From NCBI GenBank assembly GCA_043826565.1, contig JBDRPX010000006.1:14456-78455 (forward strand): a stretch of DNA of 64,000 nucleotides, in the 5' to 3' direction. How positions within the stretch are numbered: the stretch's first letter is position 1; the number at the start of each line of letters is the position of its first letter. This DNA comes from Candidatus Omnitrophota bacterium. Its GTDB lineage: Bacteria > Omnitrophota > Gorgyraeia > B26-G9. Positions 27,813 to 36,372 of the stretch are shown here, in pieces. The notes under the pieces were generated by a model. That model was given only the letters and a program-made list of their open reading frames with translations, was not told the DNA's origin and did not search any database. The translations under genes and the position numbers were made by a program.

Positions 27813-29042
27813 TTAAACCATAAAATGAGATTTCAGATCATCCCGGCAATTAATAAAATACACTTCCGAACTCAACCTGTTTAAGATGCCTTTAACTGAA
27901 CTAAATTTATTTGATTGTTTATCAATTTTTTTATGGTCTTCAAAAGAAGCTCCATTAAAAATAACCGGAATTATACCGATATTTTTTTTTAACTGCAGAT
28001 TGTGAAGCATATTGATCAACCCCTGATTTATCGCATCTGTAGTTGTAATAATTATCAGACTTGAACTCGCGGGAATAACCGATTGATAATGAGTGATCAA
28101 CTCCGGAAGCTGTAGTGAACCGTCGGCTTCAATTACCGCCAACGCGTCCATTAATGAATAATAATGCCCCTGGCCTTTACTCATTCCAATGCGGAGTAAT
28201 TCTTTATTTGAAGCAATCAAACCAAATGATGCTTGCTTGTATAGGATATGCTCAATTAAAGAAGCGGCGATTTTAACTCCGTATTCAAAAGTCGCGTCTT
28301 TTCCCGCGCCTAAATTATGCAGCATATTAGCATCCAATACAACCATGGCTTTCCATTGCGAACTTTGTTCAAAATGCCTGACCATAAGCTGTGAATATCT
28401 CGCAGTTGAGCGCCAATGTATACGTCTCCATCCGTCTTCTTTATGATATTCTCTAATACCGAAAAATTCTTCATAATTACCGCAAATCCTCGTTGTCTGC
28501 TCGCCAAAGCGAGGAGCTAAATGTCCCAGGATAAACGGCACATGATAAACCGGAAAGATCTTAGGATAAACCGCTAGTGGTGAATAAACCGGGATAATTT
28601 TCTGATGATAAAAAAGCCCTAGCGGCTCGGTAACTCTGACTTTAAACGGGCCGAGGCGATAATGCCCCCTTTTATAACACTGCTCCTGATAAGTAAATTC
28701 CGATTGTCCTTTAGGTAATCCGTTCAGCAAAAAAATTTTTATCCGGAGTCCGGGGGAAGCCGGGGTAAAATTATCCTGGATCTCTATGGATTGATCGAAT
28801 AAGGCGATTTTATTACGCACCTGTATTGTTATATCTACGACATCGTCTTCATACACCTTAGCCGGCGCATTACGTTTGATTTCCAGATTAAACATAAGCA
28901 GGCGGGAAAGAACATAACTTAAAATAATTATTCCCATACAGGCGGAAAAAGCAATGTAAATCCAGAGCAGCTGACTTATCCACGCTCCCAGGAGAAGCAG
29001 TAATGAAAACAAAAAAATAAAAACAGCCCTTTTCGTGAGCAT
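27813..29042 (-). CDS. DUF58 (vWA-like) domain protein
   Basis: 409 aa. Two N-terminal TM helices and the DUF58 core motif (…WKAMVVLDANMLHNLGAG…). Lies between moxR and the DUF4129 gene. Confidence 0.65.
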   Translation of the reverse strand: MLTKRAVFIFLFSLLLLLGAWISQLLWIYIAFSACMGIIILSYVLSRLLMFNLEIKRNAPAKVYEDDVVDITIQVRNKIALFDQSIEIQDNFTPASPGLRIKIFLLNGLPKGQSEFTYQEQCYKRGHYRLGPFKVRVTEPLGLFYHQKIIPVYSPLAVYPKIFPVYHVPFILGHLAPRFGEQTTRICGNYEEFFGIREYHKEDGWRRIHWRSTARYSQLMVRHFEQSSQWKAMVVLDANMLHNLGAGKDATFEYGVKIAASLIEHILYKQASFGLIASNKELLRIGMSKGQGHYYSLMDALAVIEADGSLQLPELITHYQSVIPASSSLIIITTTDAINQGLINMLHNLQLKKNIGIIPVIFNGASFEDHKKIDKQSNKFSSVKGILNRLSSEVYFINCRDDLKSHFMV

Positions 29043-29050
29043 AAATCCCC

Positions 29051-29983
29051 TTATAAAGGAACAATAACCCCTTGTAAAACTTCTTCGATAATCTTGCTTT
29101 TTGTCCGGCCCTCAACCTGGGCTTCTGTTTTCAGGACAATTCTATGAGGCAAGGCATACCCGGACATATTCTTAATATCATCCGGCATTACAAAATCCCG
29201 GCCATTCAATAAAGCAATCGCCCGGCTTGTTTTCATCAGAGCGATTGACCCCCGCGGGCTAGCGCCTAAAAGAACATCCGGATGCGTCCTGGTGGCCCGG
29301 ACTATCTCCGTTATATACTGAAGTAATTCCTTAGAAATGAATATCCTGGCGGCGGCTTCCTGCAGTGTTTTAATTTGTTCTAACTCTGTAACATTCTCTA
29401 TATCATCGATCGGATGCGATAATAACTGTTTCTCCAAAATTAACGGTTCTTCTTCCCGTCCCGGATATCCGATATCTACCTGTAAAAGAAATCTATCCAG
29501 CTGCGCTTCCGGCAAAGGATAAGTCCCGTGAAATTCAATTGGGTTTTGCGTAGCAATTACAAAAAACGGGTCCGGCAGCTGATAACTAGTACCGTCAATC
29601 GTAACCCGTGATTCCTGCATACACTCCAGCAATCCGGATTGCGTTCTCGGGGTTGTCCGATTGATCTCATCGGCTAAAACAATATTCGAAAAAATCGGCC
29701 CGGGACGCGATTCAAACTCCTGGGTCTTTTGATTGTAAACCGACACTCCGGTAATATCTGAAGGTAAAAGATCGGGAGTAAACTGGATCCGCTTGAACTG
29801 CCCGCTGATAGAAGTAGCAATTGCCCGGGCCAGCATTGTTTTCCCCAGCCCCGGGACATCCTCTAAAAGCACATGCCCTTTACTTATTAAAGCCGCCAGG
29901 CACAATTTAATAACATTGCGCTTACCCACAATAACTTTTTCAATATTGCTTATTAAACGCTCAATAACTTCTTTATTTTCCAT
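29051..29983 (-). CDS. MoxR-family AAA+ ATPase
   Basis: 310 aa. Walker A GHVLLEDVPGLGKT, Walker B region LADEINR, and overall MoxR/RavA-like sequence. Confidence 0.85.
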   Translation of the reverse strand: MENKEVIERLISNIEKVIVGKRNVIKLCLAALISKGHVLLEDVPGLGKTMLARAIATSISGQFKRIQFTPDLLPSDITGVSVYNQKTQEFESRPGPIFSNIVLADEINRTTPRTQSGLLECMQESRVTIDGTSYQLPDPFFVIATQNPIEFHGTYPLPEAQLDRFLLQVDIGYPGREEEPLILEKQLLSHPIDDIENVTELEQIKTLQEAAARIFISKELLQYITEIVRATRTHPDVLLGASPRGSIALMKTSRAIALLNGRDFVMPDDIKNMSGYALPHRIVLKTEAQVEGRTKSKIIEEVLQGVIVPL

Positions 29984-30008
29984 ATCAACTCCTTTTTGTA
30001 ATAAACGA

Positions 30009-31130
30009 TTACAAGTTTTTCTTCAGCTGATTTATAATAAATTGTACCTGCTCTTTACTTAAATTAGCATGCATCGGCAGGCACAAAATATCCCGTGATA
30101 CTTGCTCGGCAATCGGAAAATCTCCGCGTTTATGTTTAAGCTCTTTATAGGCCGGCTGTAAGTGCAAAGGGCAATGATATGTTTTAGCACAATGAATATT
30201 TTGCTTAAGCAGCGCATCATAAATCTTATCTCTGTTTTTTATTCTGAGAGCATAAATATGAAATACCGGTTTCGCGAAAAACGGTTCAAAAGGAGTTAAT
30301 ACCCCCGGAGAATCCTTCAGCCCTTGCGTATAAGCAATTGCCGCTGCCTGACGCAATTTATTCTGATCATCTAAGCATTTAAGTTTCACTTGTAATATTG
30401 CCGCTTGAATTGAATCTAACCGGGAGTTATATCCTTTAACATAATGCAGATATCTTTGCTTACCGCGCCTCCCCTGATCTCTTAACATTAATAAATTATT
30501 ATAAATATTTTTTTTATTTGTTAATACAATGCCGGCATCTCCGCAGCCGCCCAGATTTTTCGTCGGATAAAAACTAAAGCATCCGGCATCTCCGATTGCC
30601 CCGACCTTACGCCATTTTCCTTGATTGTCTTTATGTAAAGCTCCCTGAGCCTGCGCGGCATCTTCAATAACTGCCAATTTATACTTGCGGGCAATGCGCA
30701 TAATTTCAAGCATATCCGCGGATTGTCCGTAAAGATGAACGGGAATTATCACCTTTGTTTTTTTAGTTATCTTTTTTTCTATTTTTGAAGGATCCATATT
30801 AAAAGTCCGGGGATCAATATCTGCAAAAACAGGCTTTGCCCCAATATAAGATATGCTCAGAGCGGTAGCGATATAAGTATATACCGGACAAATAACTTCA
30901 TCACCCGGGCCAACCCCGGCGCTTAACAAAGCTAAAAATAACGCGTCGGTACCGGAATTGACCCCTACCGCATACTTAGTCCCGCAATACAGAGCGAATT
31001 CTTTTTCAAAAAAACGTACCTGCTCACCGAGAATAAAATCGCCCTTATCCAAAACTTCTTTTACGGAATTAACCAGTTCTTTTTTTAAGTCATCATTTTG
31101 TTTTTTTACATCAATAAACGCTACATTCAT
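30009..31130 (-). CDS. DegT/DnrJ/EryC1/StrS-family PLP-dependent sugar aminotransferase
   Basis: 373 aa. Sequence is typical of nucleotide-sugar aminotransferases (…GDEVI.P.YTYIAT…). Confidence 0.8.
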   Translation of the reverse strand: MNVAFIDVKKQNDDLKKELVNSVKEVLDKGDFILGEQVRFFEKEFALYCGTKYAVGVNSGTDALFLALLSAGVGPGDEVICPVYTYIATALSISYIGAKPVFADIDPRTFNMDPSKIEKKITKKTKVIIPVHLYGQSADMLEIMRIARKYKLAVIEDAAQAQGALHKDNQGKWRKVGAIGDAGCFSFYPTKNLGGCGDAGIVLTNKKNIYNNLLMLRDQGRRGKQRYLHYVKGYNSRLDSIQAAILQVKLKCLDDQNKLRQAAAIAYTQGLKDSPGVLTPFEPFFAKPVFHIYALRIKNRDKIYDALLKQNIHCAKTYHCPLHLQPAYKELKHKRGDFPIAEQVSRDILCLPMHANLSKEQVQFIINQLKKNL

Positions 31131-32194
31131 AATATACTCTCCACGGCTTTTAATAAATCCTGTTCAGTTATCTGCTCCAGACAATCCATTGTCCGGCATA
31201 AAGGTTTTTTGAAATTTTTATAACAAGGACGGCATTTCATATCTTTTTTTAAAATAAGATTAAGTTTAGCATCACCTACCGGCCCATAAACCTGTTCATC
31301 CACCGGGCCGAATATCGAAATTGTTTTAATATCCAAAGCACTGGCCATATGCAATGTCCCGCTGTCATTACCGATAAACACGTCCAGACAGCTTATCAAA
31401 GCAGCCAGCTGCCCCAAGTCTGTCTTACCCGCAGCATTGATCGCCTCAGGATAATTAATACTTTTACATATTTCATCTAATTCCGCTTTATCTTTTTCCA
31501 AACCGAAAAAAACAACTTTTGCCTTATGCTTCTCAATTAATACCTTGATCACTGCGGCAAATTTTTCTATCGGCCAATGTTTATTCGCGGCATGTTCTCC
31601 CCAGCTGTCCCCGCCGAAGGCGGAAACTCCAATAAGCAGATCATCATGACTTACTCCGTTGCGTTTTAGAAAATCATCAGCCCAAATCTCTGCATCTTTA
31701 TCCAGATGAAGTTCAGTCCGGGGATAAAAATCTTTTATGCCCATTTTATTCAGAAGGTCACGATAATATTCAATAACATGTTTACCCGAAAAAGAATCAA
31801 TCCTGATCTTATGGGTTAAAAACATACCGCGGTTTTTATAATCAAAACCCCAGCGTTCAGGGATGCCGATAAGCTTCATAATAAAACTATATTGGGTAAC
31901 CAGGGAAAGATCCACAACCAGGTCAAACTTACGGGAACGCAATTGAGATACGGCTCTTAAAAGAAATATTCCGGCTTTAAGCAGAGATTTACTTTTTACT
32001 TTTTTAAACTCCCCGCGGCTAAAAAACATCAATTCATTAACCGCCGGATTGTCCTTTAATAAAGGGCTAACCTGGCAGCTGCACAAATAAGCAATGTAAC
32101 TATCCGGAAACTTGAGTTTTATAGCACAGATCACCGGGCTCGTAAACAGGACATCACCAATGCCGAACGGATTAATAATAAGAATATTTTTCAT
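31127..32194 (-). CDS. glycosyltransferase family 9 (heptosyltransferase-like)
   Basis: 355 aa. N-terminus ILIINPFGIGDVLFTSPVI is characteristic of ADP-heptose:LPS heptosyltransferases. Confidence 0.75.
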   Translation of the reverse strand: MKNILIINPFGIGDVLFTSPVICAIKLKFPDSYIAYLCSCQVSPLLKDNPAVNELMFFSRGEFKKVKSKSLLKAGIFLLRAVSQLRSRKFDLVVDLSLVTQYSFIMKLIGIPERWGFDYKNRGMFLTHKIRIDSFSGKHVIEYYRDLLNKMGIKDFYPRTELHLDKDAEIWADDFLKRNGVSHDDLLIGVSAFGGDSWGEHAANKHWPIEKFAAVIKVLIEKHKAKVVFFGLEKDKAELDEICKSINYPEAINAAGKTDLGQLAALISCLDVFIGNDSGTLHMASALDIKTISIFGPVDEQVYGPVGDAKLNLILKKDMKCRPCYKNFKKPLCRTMDCLEQITEQDLLKAVESIL

Positions 32195-32202
32195 TATTCA
32201 AT

Positions 32203-33294
32203 CTATAACGCTTTAATAATCGCGTCAATATCAACATATTTATTAATTAAATCAATAACTAAATTTGTTTTGGCCTTATCTTTAGGCCTTATTTTTACGG
32301 TCATATCATGCACCTTGGAAGCAATATTATAAGTATCATCATCAACAACCAGCACCGGGATATCCGTACATTTAACAAGATTAAGCACAGAAGGATGGGG
32401 TTTAATTCCTCCGGTTAAAATAAGGCCCGCCACCGACGGCCCGTTATCACCGTAAATCAAATGCATACTTAATGCCGTTAAAATAATATCTTCTCTGTCT
32501 CCGGGAATGATGATCAGACTTTTATCGTCAATATAATTTAAAGCATCATGCGGCTCCATCGCTCCGATAACTATTTTTTCCACCACATTATCCGAATATG
32601 TGGCCCCATATATAACCTCCGCTTTTAATTCTTCCTTAAGCTGGCCGATAGTCGGTTTACTTAAAATCGGTTCATAAGGAATCACCCCTAATACTTTTAA
32701 CCCTTTTCTTTCTAATCCTTTTCGCACCAGGGCATCTATTTTTTTATATTTTTGGGGTAATACTTTATTTATAATTACTCCGGCGATTTCCACTCCTTCT
32801 TGATCAAACAACGCTTTATTTAATAATATTTCATCAATGGGTTTTCCGATACCTCCGGAAGAAATGAGGATTACTTTGGATTTTAAGTGTTTAGCCACGG
32901 TCGCATTAGAAAGGTCAAAAACTCCGCCCACACCGGCATGCCCGGTACCTTCAATAATAACCATATCATTATTTTTAGCGATTTGGCGGTAGGAATCTTT
33001 GATTTGTTTGAGTAATTTTGTTTTATGCGGATTTTCAATATACTTTTCCGTAAACCCCCGCTCGACAGCAATCGGGCTCATATCTTTAAGCGTACTTTTT
33101 GTCTGACAAACATGTTCGATGAGAATAGAATCTTCATCTGCTTTATACCCCTGTTCGATCAGATATCTCTGCCCCACCGGTTTGATAAATCCAATTGACT
33201 TGAATTTTTCTTTCAAACAATATATCAATCCTAAACTCACCGTTGTTTTTCCATCGTTCTGGTGAGTTGCCGCAATAAAAATATTTTTTCCCAT
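32203..33294 (-). CDS. P-loop (CobQ/BioD-like) plus DRTGG domain protein (phosphotransacetylase N-terminal-like)
   Basis: 363 aa. N-terminal ATHQNDGKTTVSLGL P-loop and an architecture like the N-terminal half of Pta. Confidence 0.5.
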   Translation of the reverse strand: MGKNIFIAATHQNDGKTTVSLGLIYCLKEKFKSIGFIKPVGQRYLIEQGYKADEDSILIEHVCQTKSTLKDMSPIAVERGFTEKYIENPHKTKLLKQIKDSYRQIAKNNDMVIIEGTGHAGVGGVFDLSNATVAKHLKSKVILISSGGIGKPIDEILLNKALFDQEGVEIAGVIINKVLPQKYKKIDALVRKGLERKGLKVLGVIPYEPILSKPTIGQLKEELKAEVIYGATYSDNVVEKIVIGAMEPHDALNYIDDKSLIIIPGDREDIILTALSMHLIYGDNGPSVAGLILTGGIKPHPSVLNLVKCTDIPVLVVDDDTYNIASKVHDMTVKIRPKDKAKTNLVIDLINKYVDIDAIIKAL

Positions 33295-33311
33295 CCCTTG
33301 GTCCCTTGTTA

Positions 33312-34250
33312 TTATTTAACTTGGCTTTCGTAAGTTAATTCTATAGTTTTAACTAAATTAGTAAGCATTTCATTGGCCGGGGTCATCAGCCCGTAATTTT
33401 TTGCCTGACGCACAATTGCACCGTTTATATAATCAATTTCTGTTTTTTTCTTATTTAAAACATCCTGGAGCATTGAAGAAACATTTTTTGATGTAGAACG
33501 GCAAACTGATTCAACTTTCTGAATCGGGTCATCATAAACAAGTTTTATTCTCTTCTTCTTAGCCACTCTCACAGCTTCAGAAACCGCCATCGACAGTATT
33601 TCTCTGGTCCCGGGGAATTCCACAAGATTACCGTTATATAAACGGATAATCGCTGTTTGAGCATTGATCCCGACATTAATAATCAGCTTACTCCAGATAA
33701 GACTATTAATATCCTTGGAAAGCCGGGTAAGAAACCCCGCCTTGTTAAAAACCTCCCGGATACTCCGCATCGACACCGTAAGTTTTTTATCCATCCTGCC
33801 GACAACTGTTTCTCCTTTGCCGGCATAATAAACCTCTCCCTGCCCGGTTAAGGTCGCGGCCAGAGAAGTGACTCCGCCAAACACTCTATCCCGGCCGACA
33901 ATCTCGCTGATCGTTTCAATATTACCCAAACCGTTTTGCAGAGTAAGTACATTCGTACTTGTATCAAGCAATGGTTCTATACTTTTAACCGCCGCCTCGG
34001 TATCGTATGATTTAACGGCAATGATCACCAGGTCACACGCTTTGATATCTTCTACCCGATTAGTACAGTTAACCTTTACAACAAAATCACCGCCGACCCC
34101 GCTGATTTTTACTCCTGATTCTGTGATCTTCTTCGCGCGTTGCGGATTTTTATCTACAAGCCAAACTTCCGCCTGTTTTTTCTTTGTTAAAAACGCGGCA
34201 TATAAGCAACCGATTGCTCCCGGGCCCACAATAACAATCTTCATGCTCAC
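33312..34250 (-). CDS. panE: 2-dehydropantoate 2-reductase (ketopantoate reductase)
   Basis: 312 aa. N-terminal Rossmann motif KIVIVGPGAIG, then an ApbA/PanE fold with the conserved Lys/Asn region. Confidence 0.75.
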   Translation of the reverse strand: MSMKIVIVGPGAIGCLYAAFLTKKKQAEVWLVDKNPQRAKKITESGVKISGVGGDFVVKVNCTNRVEDIKACDLVIIAVKSYDTEAAVKSIEPLLDTSTNVLTLQNGLGNIETISEIVGRDRVFGGVTSLAATLTGQGEVYYAGKGETVVGRMDKKLTVSMRSIREVFNKAGFLTRLSKDINSLIWSKLIINVGINAQTAIIRLYNGNLVEFPGTREILSMAVSEAVRVAKKKRIKLVYDDPIQKVESVCRSTSKNVSSMLQDVLNKKKTEIDYINGAIVRQAKNYGLMTPANEMLTNLVKTIELTYESQVK

Positions 34251-34357
34251 CTCAAGACAGACAACAGAAGACAGTGCTTTATTTATCTGGGCACTTGTCT
34301 TCTGTATCCGCTATTCCGCTGCCGGACATTTATCCGTCAGCTATTAATAATTACTGA

Positions 34358-35032
34358 TTATTTACTTTTCGCTTTAGTTTTTTCCAGAAAATCATGCATT
34401 GCTTTTCCGGCGATTTCCCGACAGCCTAAACCAAAAGCTAAGGCCAAAGCCAACCCGATAGATCCAAGTATGATTGTGATAAATTGCGACAGTACAGTAA
34501 TCCCGATTTTAAGCTGCTCTAAGGCGATGATCACCGCAAAAACAAGGATTATGGTATGCGTAAGCATACCCATGGTTTTAGCATGAGAAAGCCCGGCATT
34601 TTTTGCGGTTGTCTCCACGACTTTTCTCAAGAAAACGGCAAACAAAGCGCCAATGACTAAAATCATCAGAGCGGCAATAACATTCGGAATGTAAATTACA
34701 ATCTTATCGATCAATTCCGCGACAGTAGTCAAGCCCAATACATTCGCGGTAACCATGATCACAATAAGCATCAACATCCAGTAAACAATCAGCGCGATCA
34801 GATCAGAAAGATTATACTGTATTTCTCCTTTGGCCAAAAATTTTGAAATTCCTACCCGTTCGGAAAGCTTATCCAGCTTAAGCGCCTTTAAAACCCGGGA
34901 AACCAAACTGCGTACCCCTTTAGAAATAATCCATCCGGCGATAACCACAACCAAAGCTACCAGGCCTAAAGAGACAAATCCTACAATCTTTTCCAGCATT
35001 TCTCGCGCCGGATCAAAAAATAAAGTCTCCAT
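34358..35032 (-). CDS. small conductance mechanosensitive-channel-related 'conserved TM helix' family membrane protein
   Basis: 224 aa with ~5 TM helices and a repeated TM-helix motif. Strong AGGAGG-type RBS upstream. Confidence 0.45.
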   Translation of the reverse strand: METLFFDPAREMLEKIVGFVSLGLVALVVVIAGWIISKGVRSLVSRVLKALKLDKLSERVGISKFLAKGEIQYNLSDLIALIVYWMLMLIVIMVTANVLGLTTVAELIDKIVIYIPNVIAALMILVIGALFAVFLRKVVETTAKNAGLSHAKTMGMLTHTIILVFAVIIALEQLKIGITVLSQFITIILGSIGLALALAFGLGCREIAGKAMHDFLEKTKAKSK

Positions 35033-35049
35033 TCCCCCTCCTTTTTTTT

Positions 35050-35120
35050 AGCGTTCAGCGTTTCGCGTTTAGCGTTTAGAAAAACTTTTTCTATCCGCTA
35101 TCAGCTATACGCTATACGCT
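35050..35120. repeat. two sets of short tandem direct repeats flanking an A5/T5 inverted repeat
   Basis: Plus strand reads agcgttc agcgttt cgcgttt agcgttt (4 x 7 nt), then aaaaactttttc, then ctatccgctatcagctatacgctatacgct. Located in the panB-to-channel-gene spacer. Confidence 0.6.
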
Positions 35121-35960
35121 GTTTTTCATCTTATCTACTTCCTCTTTTTTCATTTTAAAAGCATGTTCCTGTCCGGGAAATTTTCCTTCTTTTACTTCTG
35201 CAATATACGTTTCCACGGCATGGGTAATCACTTTTTTCAAATCAGCATACTGTTTGACAAATTTCGGCACAACCCCCTGAGTCAACCCCAGCATGTCATG
35301 CAAAACCAATACCTGTCCGTCACATCCGGCTCCGGCACCGATACCAATAGTGGGAATTTTTAAATTTTTACTGATAACTTCCGCTAAAGCATCCGGTACA
35401 CATTCTAAGACAATACAAAAACATCCGGCCTGCTCCAATGCTTTAGCCTGCTCTAAAATCAGTTTTGCCGCATCCGCGCTCTTACCCTGTACTTTATAGC
35501 CGCCAAGGGTTATTGATGTTTGCGGAGTCAATCCCAAATGGCCCATAACCGGGATACCGGCTTCCACAATTTTTTTAACTGTATTTATAACTATCGGCGT
35601 AGCACTTTCAAGTTTTACCGCATCCGCTCCGGCTTCTTTTATAAACCTTCCGGCATTAATAACCGCTTCGCGCTCACTTACATTAAAAGACATAAACGGC
35701 ATATCCCCGATCAAAAGCGCGTATTTAGTTCCTTTTTTCACTGCTTTGGTGTGATGAAGCATCTCTTCAGTGGTTACCGGCACCGGAGAATCATAGCCTA
35801 AGACTATATTTCCCACAGTATCTCCGACCAAAATCATATCAATGCCCGCTTGATCAACCAAACTAGCCGTCGGAAAATCATAGGCAGTAAGCACAGTGAT
35901 CTTTTCGTTATTTTCTTTCTTTTTTATTACATCCGGTATAGTAATTTTTTTTCTTTCCAT
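35112..35960 (-). CDS. panB: 3-methyl-2-oxobutanoate hydroxymethyltransferase
   Basis: 282 aa. …ITVLTAYDFPTASL…DMILVGDTVGNIVLGYDSP..VT..EML.HT.AV is canonical PanB. Confidence 0.9.
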   Translation of the reverse strand: MERKKITIPDVIKKKENNEKITVLTAYDFPTASLVDQAGIDMILVGDTVGNIVLGYDSPVPVTTEEMLHHTKAVKKGTKYALLIGDMPFMSFNVSEREAVINAGRFIKEAGADAVKLESATPIVINTVKKIVEAGIPVMGHLGLTPQTSITLGGYKVQGKSADAAKLILEQAKALEQAGCFCIVLECVPDALAEVISKNLKIPTIGIGAGAGCDGQVLVLHDMLGLTQGVVPKFVKQYADLKKVITHAVETYIAEVKEGKFPGQEHAFKMKKEEVDKMKNSV

Positions 35961-36012
35961 ATTATTTCCTCAAGAACTTAGTATATCAAATATCTCCTGA
36001 TATATCAATCAT

Positions 36013-36309
36013 TTAAAGCATTTTTGCCAAAGCCTCTTTCCCGCTCATCCCCAGACTGATTCCCAACATTTCCGCCTGCTTAGTAATCTTAACCACCGGC
36101 TTTTCCAAAAGCTCTTTTACTGTTTTTACCCCGGTTACGATACAGGCCGCGTCTTCGAGCTTACCCGCTGTAGCAATATCCAGATATCCGCACATAATAT
36201 ATCCTTTCGCAGCAACAACCAGGATTAACCGCGCCTGCGGCATCTGAATCACATAAGTATCTATTTCTATTCCCTCAATTATTATTTTATCACAGCTAAA
36301 TTTCTCCAT
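36013..36309 (-). CDS. DUF1805 (YunC-like) domain protein
   Basis: 98 aa. Small single-domain protein whose pattern resembles the YunC family. Weak call. Confidence 0.4.
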   Translation of the reverse strand: MEKFSCDKIIIEGIEIDTYVIQMPQARLILVVAAKGYIMCGYLDIATAGKLEDAACIVTGVKTVKELLEKPVVKITKQAEMLGISLGMSGKEALAKML

Positions 36310-36372
36310 AATAAATCTCCTCTGTGCGTATTTTCAGTTAATCGGGCCGGGGCAAGCCGCGGCCCCTACATC

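Noticed and set aside
36344-36365. GC-rich hairpin (GGGCCG…CGGCCC) between metH stop and the DUF1805 gene, considered as a terminator
   Set aside because: It is not followed by a U-run on the minus transcript or by a T-run on the plus strand. It may be a processing or stability element but cannot be called a terminator from sequence.
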